Source: Octopus bimaculoides
Lineage: Eukaryota
NCBI RefSeq assembly: GCF_001194135.2
Contig: NC_068987.1
Location: 58,969,329-59,006,320 of the forward strand
Direction of reading: 5' to 3'
DNA length: 36,992 bases
How positions within the stretch are numbered: position 1 is the stretch's first letter; the number at the start of each line of letters is the position of its first letter. The position numbers and the translations under genes were made by a program. Below, piece by piece: positions 1-11,781 of the stretch. Under the pieces are notes generated by a model. It ran no database searches. It saw only the letters and a program-made list of their open reading frames with translations, and had not been told where the DNA came from.

Positions 1-186
1 TGTTGTGCCTGTAATTCAAAGGGTCAGCCTTGTCACACTGTGTCACGCTGAATATCCCCGAGAACTACGTTAAGGGTACACATGTCTGTGGAGTGCTCAG
101 CCACTTGCACGTTAATTTCACGAGCAGGCTGTTCCGTTGATCGGATCAACTGGAACCCTCGACGTCGTAAGCGACGGAGTGCCAAC
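1..186 (+). mobile_element. SINE family S1, 3' portion (cut by the window edge)
   Basis: GC-richer repeat ending GGATCAACTGGAACCCTCGACGTCGTAAGCGACGGAGTGCC before a CA/TA tail; I recognise it as the 3' part of the family whose head is at 14253. Confidence 0.65.
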
Positions 187-1070
187 ACACATATGTATAT
201 ATACATACACGTATGCATGGAAAACAACTTTCTATTGCCCATACAAAAGACAGCTCTTTCTTATAAACAAATATACTATACAGGAACATGGAATAAACCT
301 TTGGCTCGTATGGAGGACCATATGGTGTAGATGATAAATCTAGTCTTTTTCTTCAGGATGTCCAGCATTAGGCCCTCACCAGCTACAAATAGTCTATCAT
401 GCATTATGATACAGCAAAACATATATGTCCGCATATTTTCCAAGATCTGTTGTATATTTTGAAATGAAGGAATGAACTAATACACATAAACGATTTCTTT
501 TTATATATTCGCCAACCTTTCCGATAGCAAATTTTTAAAGGCAAACTCAACGGCACCCCTACAACTGTCCGTTTGTCTTGACGTAGCAATACCACACAGA
601 AGCAATGTAAGAAATAACTGAATTACCTATTGCATATAAATACTATTAGAATGTAAGGAATGTGTAAAACATTCCACTTTCAGCTGGTGATAAACTTGGA
701 TAACACATATTTGCTTCTGTATACAGGTTAACATAGCAATATAGCAATAACATTGCTATAAATCAAACTATAAAATGTTTGTAAATGTTTTTTTTTCGAG
801 AGCTTGTTTTCTTTTTCAGTTTTCTTTTATTTTAAACCATTAAACAAATTAATTTGTTTGATAAGTTTCTTTCTGTTTTTCAACAACAACAACATTCTGC
901 CCTATATTTTATGCTATTTTAAGATACCTTTTATGATATTCTTTATATTTCGTTTAAACAATAACGTTCTAGAAAATAGATTAGGCTAAGAACATTATCT
1001 TTCTCTTATTGTCTAATTCTAGATGCCCTACTTTTCAATGCATAGCCATTTATTGTTTATATATTTCTCT

Positions 1071-1772
1071 TTATACTCTGATAATCACCAATGCATGTTT
1101 GAGTCTAAGCTTTTGTGTTAACTTATTGTAGGAATTCAAATAAAATTCTTCATCTATATATTTCTTAACCTTAAATATTTGTATTCTTCCAAGATCTACA
1201 TTGAGATATAAGAAAACACGCACGCACACGCTCACATACACAACGATTTTCTTTTAAATATAACAGTATTTAATATAGAATCTCTGGTATGCAACACAGA
1301 AACTTATTCTCCGAAGATTAAATTATAAAGAGGAAATAATTGCATTTTGTATAATTTTGTAGCTGGACATGTAAGTGAAAGAGACTTAGGAGTCTGTGTC
1401 TTTTGTAAACATACATCTTACTCTGGCTGCTAAAGTAAACATCGTGGATAAACTACGTCAGTGGTGAAAAAGGAAGATCAACGTAACTTATTTCAGCATT
1501 CGTTACTACTCCTGGCCAGAGAAAATAGTAGCTTATAACTATTTATAATACACATAAATTCCGTCAAAAGCAAAGTGACCTGCGTATTTGCATATTAGAC
1601 TAGGCATTAGCAGCATAAATTAAATGATTATGCGATGAGAGGACAATTAAAAATGTAAGGTAAACTTAGAAGTGTATGTTTTCAGTAAACACACTTTAGT
1701 CTTGCTTTTCAGTTATAATTATATGGAGTACTGTAAATTGTAGATACCAACGCTTGCACAGATTATGCACAT
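1071..1772 (-). pseudogene. Tentative three-exon small gene or pseudogene with one in-frame TAG
   Basis: Candidate exons 1772-1748, 1511-1422 and 1195-1071 with GT/AG boundaries and compatible phase-1 junctions; no recognisable homology. Confidence 0.25.
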
Positions 1773-2659
1773 TAAGTAGACAATTTCAGTTTGTGTATAT
1801 TATAAATAGCGATTAGCTGCTATTCTCCCAGTGGTCAGAAAAGTCAGTAACTGATATCTGATGAAGCAACAATAAATGCTGAAATTAATCATGTTGATCT
1901 TTCTTTTTTGGACACTCAGAGAAAAACCTGTTGTTTATATCCACAGTGCATATTTTTCATAGTGGGGATAAAATATACACTTGTAAGATGACCTAATGTT
2001 TCCAATGATCTTTTAGCTGTGTAATGCTTCTTTTAATTTTGTGGTTGTCACTATATTTTTGTGACAAGAAAGCAATTCTCGATAGGTGATTTTGTGGCGG
2101 TCTTTATATTTTTACGAGAAGATAATTCTTGATAGGTAATGGACAACAGTAGAAAGAATGGATACAAAATATATAAAAACATTTCAGATTACTCTCCAAA
2201 GCTTCTTCAAACATATTTTGACAAATCACATCGTATTCGTATAATCTACCGAGTATGACACTTCTTTTAACTTTCACTGCTTTATCGTTCACTAATGTAT
2301 GCCTGTACGCGGTTTTCTAGTTTTAAAAAAGTAATTAACTTGACACAATTTAAGCCATCTGTTACACACGTTACCGACTGATGAAACCGTAGAGATAAAA
2401 TGAAATAAAAACTTTAAAAGTTGTTAGAAAAACCATCGCAAAGAATCATTTGATAACGCAAAGAGCTGTTAAATTCATTTTAAATTATGATTTTGTTTTT
2501 GTGTGTGAATTGTGTGATGTAAATTTCGACGCCTCACAAAAAAAATAAAAATAAAATAAAATAAAACTTAAAGTGAATTTAATTGTTTTGCTTCTAATTA
2601 AATGGTTCTTTTACTTTAAATTTACAATCGATAATAATGTAGCCCGACAAATTCTTAAA

Positions 2660-2745
2660 AAGATGGAATGGTCACAGCTGCCTGTCTTTGAACATAGGTC
2701 TGCTCATCAGGTCTAATCATCTGGGGCTAAACCATAACAAGAACC
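2660..2745 (+). mobile_element. Family S5, 3' fragment
   Basis: GGAATGGTCACAGCTG...CATAGGTCTGCTC...CTGGGGCTAAAC. Confidence 0.55.
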
Positions 2746-2989
2746 AAGAATACTGTATTCTCGAACAAAGTCACTCTTGAACTAGATACAACGGCAAAAC
2801 CTGGAATTAAGTACTTTGTGATATGTAACCGTTACTCTATCATCTCGCTTGAATGCTGCCAAATAAATTTGACGCGTGGGTGTTGAAGCTTTATTAATCA
2901 GTCAAATATTCACAATTAGGCCAAGGGTCTACTTACTACTCTGTCAAGATAATTAAACAATCATCTGCAAAAGGAAAACCATAATATTA

Positions 2990-3200
2990 ATTCTAACATA
3001 TTTTGAACGTCTTGGGCATCGATGAATTCAATCTTCGACGTACAGCATCTGACTTGGTAAAAACCCTCAAGAATATCTATCATCTTTCCAACAATAATTT
3101 TAGCCACCTTTTTGAATGCAATATTCTATCATATTTGGACACATTCATAAATTCAAAAACAGCGCAGCACTCATACACAAAATTGTCAAAGAATTGAATA
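2990..3200 (+). mobile_element. CR1-type LINE ORF2 C-terminal remnant
   Basis: LGIDEFNLRRTASDLVKTLKNIYHLSNNNFSHLFE resembles the CR1 C-terminal L..RR...DL...YKI.H.L motif. Confidence 0.55.
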
Positions 3201-3467
3201 AACTACTGGTGTCGGATGTTTGCTAAAAATCGCATATTAATTGAAATTAGTTAACACTATACCTTCCAATCTATGCAGCGTCAGTTTTTATGACTTCGTT
3301 CACTTTCATTTTCTTGTATTTTGTTGTGTACACTATGCATTTTTCTATCATCGTATTTTTCTGTCATTGCATTCTTATCATTACCTGATTTATTACTGTA
3401 TTTTGTTACATTCGCACTCTTTTCTGAAGTGTTGTATTGTACCTGAGCACTGTATACAATAAGCTAT

Positions 3468-3493
<26 letters not shown>
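3468..3493. repeat. (AT)n microsatellite
   Basis: Direct inspection. Confidence 0.95.
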
Positions 3494-3498
<5 letters not shown>

Positions 3499-4003
3499 TT
3501 TATTCATTTTTCGATTCCTCTGTCAGATATGGCAGAAATCATTAAGCAGATTCCTTTGATATTGACATTCATCCTTCATATAACTGAAAATGACCAGATT
3601 AGCAGCTTTACTGTTTGTGGATTCTGAAGCGGCTTGTTAGGCCATTATTGCCATAAAATCCACAGTTACAGTTGGAGTACCTAGCAGTCGAAGCAAGACC
3701 TGGTGAGTATCTTGTTTTCCGTGCAACTTTCTTATCTTTAGTTTCTCCTTTTCCGATCATTTATTGAGCGCTGATGTCCAGAGCATACAGTACTTCGCCA
3801 CATTGAGCAAGATATTCCCAAGATATACTCATAATGAAATAAAGAAGTGTAAAACAATTACTCTGACTCTTCATAAAGTACTATAATATAAATAGCTGTA
3901 TTTTTGAAAAGGAGGAATTTTTAAAAACGTCCCGAAGACAGACAATGAATATTGTATACTCAGCGAATCAAGTGTTTCTTTTTAATATAGACAAAAGAAT
4001 AAC

Positions 4004-4288
4004 ACCCCACTTCGGTCATGAATGACCATGGGATTACACCTAGAAAGTTACTCTTCGAAGCACAAGTCCGGGCAAGGTTGTTTATGGAAAACGAGCAGTC
4101 ACCCATGCATACCAGCTTTTCCTCTCCATGCCACCGATGTTGTCCAAGCGAAACACAGCTGAATGAACTGGAGCAACGAGAGATAAATTGTCTTGCTCAA
4201 GAACACAACACAGCCCGGTCCGGAAATCGAACTCACTACCTCACGATTGTGAACCTGACGCTCTAACCACTGAGCCATGCGCCTTCAC
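4004..4288 (-). mobile_element. tRNA-derived CORE-type SINE family S2, internally deleted
   Basis: Homologous to 20068-20402. Head GGCGCATGGCTCAGTGGTTAGAGCG...GTTCGATTTCC; lacks about 70 bp of the middle. Confidence 0.85.
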
Positions 4289-4889
4289 TATATATACACA
4301 AATAGAGACATATCAAATATCTTACAATATAAATTTAAACATTTATTAAAATTATCTCCGTCTCTAGAAGATGTATCATTGTTACTATATGACAATTAAG
4401 ACCAGCTTCACTTGAGAAGCAGAGATAATCTCAAGATTCAAGAATTCTTCAAAGTCGACATTAAAGAAACGGACACGTTTAATGGTCTAGAAATGAGAGA
4501 ACAGTTGTGGACGCTTTAATAGCCGTCATCAGTACGACAATTACCCGACTTTATCTCCTGTAGGCAAAGGACAACAGTTGTTGAGTTGACAAACAATCCC
4601 ATTCGAATTAGTTTAAGCATTCATTTCATTCGGGCTGATTAACACACGGTTGTCAGTTAAATCGTCTACAAGAGTGCTTCTCAAACTTTTTTTTAACATA
4701 ATTGTCCTTTGTCTTTTACTAACATCATTTCAAATCCGTCCTTGCAACGATTCATGCCATAGTAATTTAGTTCTGGATTCTCACTACATCACACATCACC
4801 GCCACATTGCATCACATCACCAGATGCAACTAAACACGTGACCACACTAGAACACTAACACTTACAACCAATCAATGCATTATTGTACT

Positions 4890-5058
4890 GGTCGATCAAC
4901 TTTCTAAAAATAGCAGTCAAATCGCACCTTAGTGTCTTAAAGAACGTGCGCATTAGATAATATAGATTTACTGTTGATAGGAAAAAAGATGGAGTGGCCA
5001 TGACTAGAATGCATTAGAAGATAAGCTTGCTGAATCAGAGTTAACCTGGGGCTTGGTA
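4890..5058 (+). mobile_element. Family S5, short retroposon-like repeat with an (AAC)n-type tail
   Basis: Motif order CTAxAAATAGCAGxCAAAT...TCTTAA...GATGG...GGAATG...CTGGGGCT; related copies are listed separately. Confidence 0.55.
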
Positions 5059-7349
5059 ACGATACAAACCGCAGCTATACCACAGCACAAAAGATCTCAT
5101 CCTTCGATCGACAACTTTTGTACCCAAAGCTCTCCTCACTAAGAGCTGATGTGGGTCATAAACATGGAGAGCTTTGGAGAGAAAATTGCAAGACAAAACG
5201 AGTTTGCTTCTGAAAAAAAGTTGGGGTGTCCTTCTCACGTCAGAAAATCACGGGTCTCTATTTTTGATCTTCGAACCCTTTGTTGGGTCACCGGCCCTCA
5301 GACCGATGCCCTGAAGACAACAGCTCATAATAACCGTTATCGCTACCACCGGAAAGTATGACTGGTACACAAAAGTTTGAATTAACTCTAGAAATAGAAA
5401 AAAATCCGCTTCCAAAAATAAAAAGAACCTGCTTAATTGAAAACGTTCGTATGACCCCATTGCATTAATTAACACTACCGACTATTGGGCAAGACCAGAT
5501 TTCATTACATGTTGTCATAACAGGTTTTCACTGCAATGAGAATTTGTTCTAATTGTTATTGGTTAATTCAACTTAGTTCTTCTTGAGCACACCTATGGAA
5601 TAAAGGATAACGACTGGACGTTTTCAATATACTAAACATCTTGTACGAATCAGAGGTCAAGTTGACCTAAAGTTTCAGGATTTTAAAAATGTGTTAGCCT
5701 TTTTAATGGAAGAGATCTCGGTCAACAAAGAAGACGGGTGTAATAGGGTGTGTGCGTGGGTGTAGACCGCATTGAACTACAGTATAATAGGAGGGTTACA
5801 CTAGGAAAGGCACATAAAAAATCGTATCAAAATCATATAAAGCGCAAATTTAATCCATAAATGTGTCATGTAGCATCTAAAGTTTAATTTTAATAACGTT
5901 ATTTTGATGTAGTTCTTAAAAGTCTTTACTCTAATTTTATTACATTCTTAGCGAATTTTCACTGTAGCCTCACGAAACTATGTAGATATTGATAGATTCA
6001 GGTTGTTTGTAGGATATAATAATTTAAACGTTTAATTTTCCTGGCTATTTATATTACTGCTATTTTCATTACATTAGGTGATATACAGGAATTACGGTCT
6101 ACAAATAAATAGTACAAAAACTGACTGAAACAAGCAAAAGAATAACAGAATAAAGAATAAGGATTCTGTGTGGATTCTGGAAAATAAGGATTCTGTACGA
6201 GAAGCGTTTCCATAATACGGGGAATAAGACCGTAAGTTAACGCATTAGGTATCAACACGTACTCTAGAGATGCTGCTGACTATGTAGAAGTTTTGATTGG
6301 CTTGCCGGTATGAGAAGTTAGTTTCAGTAAAATTTGAGAGACTAATCATGCAGAATGGATCGTTTTAATTAATACCTTGGATAGAAGTATCACTATTGCA
6401 AAGTTGAATAGCTTTAACGAAGTAAATGTATGGAAGTCCTTCAATACGATATGAATGAAAAAGAATGCTATATCACGAAAGAAATTTGCTTAGTAGACCT
6501 ATACTAATTTAACTTAAGAATATTTTACAACAATAAAGAGAACACACACAAACATTTGTTAGTGAAGCTTCTTGAAATACAGGCAATTTGTAATTAAATA
6601 TAAAATCAGATGTAGATGGTAATAAGACAAACCAGAGTGACTTATTATCTCTATAGGCTGTATAGAATATGAAGATATTCTGAATTTTAATCGTTGATAT
6701 GTGCTTGTAGGGCAGCATTTATCTTTTCTCGTAACGATAAAATGACGAGTAATAAGATTATGCAATTTAACGACAAGAATTTCAGCTGAGGCTTTAAGGC
6801 TTAACGCATTACAGACTTCATAAACACGAAGATTATTAATTGTTTATTTAATTTAACTATGGATAATTACCTGACATTTCCTGACATATGCGATCGGGAG
6901 TATACATCAATATAGGTTAACGGTTATATAGGAACCTGGCTATTGACTTAGCAAGAGGAAACAGGAATTTTGACATTTAAACTTTTCTAGGGAGAATATA
7001 TAAGCGAAAGGGGCGGGGAGAGAAAGTTACAACAGGTATCGAAATCAGGTCGTTATTACAGTTCTATGGAAATTCACTTCTGCCTCTAAGATGTATTCTT
7101 CAAAAAGCTGTATAAAATCATAAACTCACCGATATCACCTTGGTCCAAATCCCTGTAATTAATTCCTTTTTCAACAAATACAGGTCGTTGTCCTTTTTTT
7201 ACAATGTCCTAATTTGAAAGAAAAAAAATGTTCACAATAAATACGATCCAAATAAACGAGTAATTTCTAAAGTTCGAAATATCATACGAATTAGCCGTTA
7301 TTGAACTCACAATTATAACTAGGTTGATATATAACTAAGTTTACAAGAC

Positions 7350-7368
7350 GTGTGTGTGTGTGTGTGTG
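7350..7368. repeat. (GT)n microsatellite
   Basis: Direct inspection. Confidence 0.95.
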
Positions 7369-7964
7369 CAAAATGGGAATGCTTATCATATGTTTTGGAG
7401 AACTTTTAGCTATTATGATTAGCTAAAACATTGATTATGCCTACACCACACGCATCAATATGTCATTCAATATATTTTTATGTAATAAGTATAGTGTTCA
7501 ATGGTTTAAAGAGGGACCAAAATGATGTAATGTACAATAATGTGCAGGTAAAATACTCATTTGATAAATGCATTAGGAAGTAGAAATATGAATATTGAAA
7601 CAAATATCAGTTTAGATGAGAAGAGGTCATGTGTTTCGATTGCTAACTCAAACTCATCTAGCGGTGGGATTAGTAAAGCCATTATTACACCAAACGTCGC
7701 GATTGAATCCTGTAGTTAAGTATTGCATGTGTCTATACAAATACACAATTTAAGTGTAATGTGTTCTGTACATAAAGAAGATTCTGCCTGTCTAAGCTCC
7801 GCACTCCCTTGTAGCCTAATACATATATTTCTTAACATATCTTCCGTTGTAACTTTATATAAAATACATACTAAGTACTGACAATTTGAATGAATTAAAA
7901 TAGTACATATTTATATATTTCACATATGCATACATATACACACGAAAATGTATACAAACTAGTA

Positions 7965-7967
<3 letters not shown>

Positions 7968-7998
<31 letters not shown>

Positions 7999-8012
7999 CA
8001 CACACACACACA
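7968..8012. repeat. Compound (CT)n-(CA)n microsatellite
   Basis: Direct inspection. Confidence 0.95.
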
Positions 8013-8358
8013 AATTGTCTCAGCTCTATGTTACTTGAGGTTTCGTAGGCGCAGATGTAAGTTTGCATTTTAAGATGAAGTAATGCTGAGCAGAGTCTAC
8101 TTTTTATTAAATACGGACAACTTTAAATGTATGAGTTGAGAGCAACATCCTTTCGCTTGTTTACCTACATGTATGTTTGTGTGAGTATGTGTGAAATCAA
8201 TTAAAAGAGTACAGTGTATGTGCAATGGGGAGTGGAAAATCCAACGTTTCGGACAGAACTCTTCTTCAGGAAATAGTTTACAAGAGAGCAATTAATGAAG
8301 AATTAATGACAAGCTAAATTAATGCCATTTTATTACCCTGGGTGTAAAGTTATTGTAG

Positions 8359-8643
8359 GCTACTGTATGTATGTATATATGTATGCAAATGCATACATTT
8401 CTGTGTATAATNNNNNNNNNNNNNNNNNNNNNNNNNNNNNNNNNNNNNNNNNNNNNNNNNNNNNNNNNNNNNNNNNNNNNNNNNNNNNNNNNNNNNNNNN
8501 NNNNNNNNNNNNNNNNNNNNNNNNNNNNNNNNNNNNNNNNNNNNNNNNNNNGCTACTGTATGTATGTATATATGTATGCAAATGCATACATTTCTGTGTA
8601 TAATACACATACATATGTGTGTACGTATATATGTATATATATG

Positions 8644-8679
<36 letters not shown>

Positions 8680-8705
8680 TATTTAGGTGCGTGTGTGTGT
8701 GTGAT
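8359..8705. repeat. AT/AC/GT low-complexity tract containing the gap 8412-8551
   Basis: Direct inspection. Confidence 0.9.
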
Positions 8706-9423
8706 ATATCTATGCAGAGGCTTAGTTTTGTATATATGTTTTGTTTCAGCATAGATATGGGGAGGGCTTTGTAACAAATACACACGCATATACATATATT
8801 GAAATGCTAGTATATATTCCTTGGCCTGTTAACAATAATGTTATTGCTGCCCTAGTAAGTAAATGAAGGATAACGCTAATTGTTCATGCCCTTTCATTGC
8901 ATATGGGCTGAAGACGAACAATTATTTTGGGTAGATTAATCGTATAGTATTTTCAAGTTGCCAGATAAATCAATAATCATTCGGATGAATGCAAGTAATT
9001 TCCTTATTAGGAACATCAGCATTCGATATTCTATATTTTGTACGTCAAATTTATTCATGCAGACATAAACTACCACTATTTTCTTCCATTTTTACTGATT
9101 TTTTGCTCCCTAATCTTTCCCCTATCTCACTTCAGAGTAAGAAAAACCCGCTCGTTTCATTGATGGCACGGTAATCTGCCATTTTACCTCTCTTTAAAGC
9201 ATTATGAGCGAGGATTTGAGCAATGCAACTGCCCAGATTAATCCTGGAAGGATGAAAGACAAAAGTTAACTTCGACAGGATTTGAACCTCAAGCACAAAG
9301 AACAATAACCACAAGGTATTTGTCCAATGCTCTGACTACTGTTTCAAATGACCACCGCAAGTTCCCAATTCTATAGTATTTAGTTAAAGAGCTTCAGCAT
9401 TTGATAAGAATTATGTAAACTGT

Positions 9424-9677
9424 TAGAGCCGGCACTAGGAAGTGCGATTAGGAAATTGTCAATGGGGCCCTCTACTCTACCAAAAGCTGAAGATTGATGT
9501 TTTATGCTTCGTGTAGTACGCCACTCACGACCAAAACGCGTTGAGGGTTTGAGACTCCACCATTAACCACAATTATATACTAAAAATTCATTATATTGTC
9601 CTCTGCTTGAGGATGTGAACGGGGCCCTCTCTGAGCGTGGGGAACCAATTTGAGCACATCTGTTTAAACCGGCCCCG
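9424..9677. mobile_element. Degenerate hAT-like MITE
   Basis: AGAGCCGGCACTAGG...AAACCGGCCCCG ends with two internal GGGGCCCTCT subterminal motifs; no clear TSD. Confidence 0.35.
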
Positions 9678-10442
9678 ATACTGTTTAAATTAGTCGGACT
9701 GGTGGCTTCATCTTGATTGTTATTTTCATTATTATAAACAATATGCATAATATAAATTCATCATCTCAGCCTGATAGATATGTATAGACAAGAATTTATT
9801 TTTGATATCGTTGCTAAAGATACAACACTTATATTCCGGCTAACCTGAACAGGATTACTATTATTTTTCTTTCTTCGCACAAAGTAAAGACAACAGAGTT
9901 TTATATTGCGCATTCAGTCAAAGTAGCACATGTCCAGATTACGTGGCGGCTGGTCTTCGTAGAAGTCGTTTGGTAACTGTCTATTATTGAATAGTCAGTC
10001 GGCTCACCATGTAGAGATGATGTACAAATCTTTCACTCAGTTTTCTATTATAATACCATTCACATGAAGGATGCTTTGTAGGGATATCATCTAAATCCAA
10101 CCAATGGAATGATATAACTATATTCATCAACACCGGAAGGATAAAACGCATTGAGATTTTAATTTGGAATGAAAAGATTCGAAACTAAAAATTTTGTCCG
10201 CAATCCTAACGATTCAGTCAATCCACCGTTTTGCAATAGATTTCTTTTGGCACGAGATTGCAATAGATTTCTTTTTGAAGCGGTGGTCTTTACTCGATTA
10301 CAATAAGCTTAATATATCACTCAAAAGAAAATTAGCGAGTAGGCCATTGTGGTTGCCCGACTTGTTAGCAATAACTGTTAAATTTGCCTCATATCAAGTC
10401 CTATCATCTTAAAAATATCCTTAACTTAATTATATTTGTGTA

Positions 10443-10935
10443 AAAGGCGTCAAGCTGGCAGAATCGTTAGCAGCCCGGACAAAATGCTTCTAAGCATTTT
10501 GTCCGTCTTTATGNNNNNNNNNNCCGACGAAATGCTTAGCGTTATTTTATCCGTCTTTACGTTCTGAGTTCAAATGCCACCGATGCCGACTTTGCCTTTT
10601 ATCCTTTTGGGGTCGATAAAACAATGTACCGTTTGAGTACTAGGGTCGATGTAATCGACTAGCCCTCTCCATCAAAACTTCAAGCCTTGTGCGTATCATA
10701 GAAAAGATTAATTATACTTCTGTATGAAGCGGGAACTAGTAGAATCATTACCACTCCCGACGAAATGCTTAGCGTTATTTTATCCGTCTTTACGTTCTGA
10801 GTTCAAATGCCACCGATGCCGACTTTGCCTTTTATCCTTTTGGGGTCGATAAAAAAGTACCAATTGAGTCGATGTAATCGACTTCAATACCTTTCAAAAT
10901 AACTGGCCTTGAGCCAAAATAAGAAAGGATTAATT
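10443..10935 (+). mobile_element. S3 SINE copies around a 10-N gap
   Basis: Head at 10443, body at 10524-10715, second copy at about 10725-10935. Confidence 0.85.
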
Positions 10936-11604
10936 ACACTTGTGCATGTAAGCGTAAGCTCGAAGTCCCGGGATCAATCCCACTGCGTGGTACCATGGGC
11001 AAACATCTGGTAGATTGCATTAGTATTTTAAAAAGTACAGCTTTGTCATACTGTGTATCATGTTGATTCAATCACTTACACGTTAAATGAAGAGGAGGTA
11101 TTTAGTTGGTCGAAGAGCTGAATCCTCGTCATCGAACGACAGATATCCACCATCATTTGTGTATAACAAAACAATGAAGAACGCGTTTTAACACGTTTTT
11201 TCATGACGCTCAAACATCAATATGGATTATATTTAAAAAAAACCCAGGCGCATCGTTTGTGAATATGTCGTAAACTATAACACATTTGCTCCAACACAAC
11301 CGATATTACTAGTACAACAACATTGATTTCTTACATAAGCACAACAATTCATATGTAGGTAAAGATTAGAACATCGGATTTTATCCTTTAACTTTGCTTA
11401 CTTCTTTTGTGATCTCTAAATTCTGAATTCAGACCAAGTGCCAATTGATCAGATCAAACGCAGTACGCGTGCTATTATACTGCAACACCGTGTTCGAATG
11501 CTGTTAATATGATTTAGTAAAAGGTCGAGCTTCGATGAGATTAATTGCTCTAAAAGTCTTTTGCTGTTGGTCCTATAACATAATGAATTATGGGAATTCT
11601 CGAA

Positions 11605-11685
11605 AGTGTATTGCTGCTGGTACTTGTTTTATCGATCCATGTTGAATGGAAACCAAGACCATCGTGGTCAGATTTGAACTCAACT
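11605..11685 (-). mobile_element. Partial S3 SINE
   Basis: Reverse complement: GAGTTCAAATCTGACC...GGATCGATAAAACAAGTACCAG. Confidence 0.6.
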
Positions 11686-11701
11686 CGAAACGCTTCTCTC
11701 T

Positions 11702-11704
<3 letters not shown>

Positions 11705-11752
<48 letters not shown>

Positions 11753-11781
11753 NNNNNNNNNNAGAGAGAGAGAGAGAGAGA
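11705..11781. repeat. (GA)n microsatellite with the gap 11753-11762
   Basis: Direct inspection. Confidence 0.95.

Noticed and set aside
4516-4557. Acceptor followed by EIKSGNCRTDDGY as calpain exon 2
   Set aside because: Stops after 13 codons and lacks the D.xQG motif.
5149-5361. 70-aa ORF in a GC-richer block
   Set aside because: No recognisable motif or splice support.
6870-6945. DRICQEMS|GT as calpain exon 2
   Set aside because: In-frame TAA upstream with every plausible acceptor.
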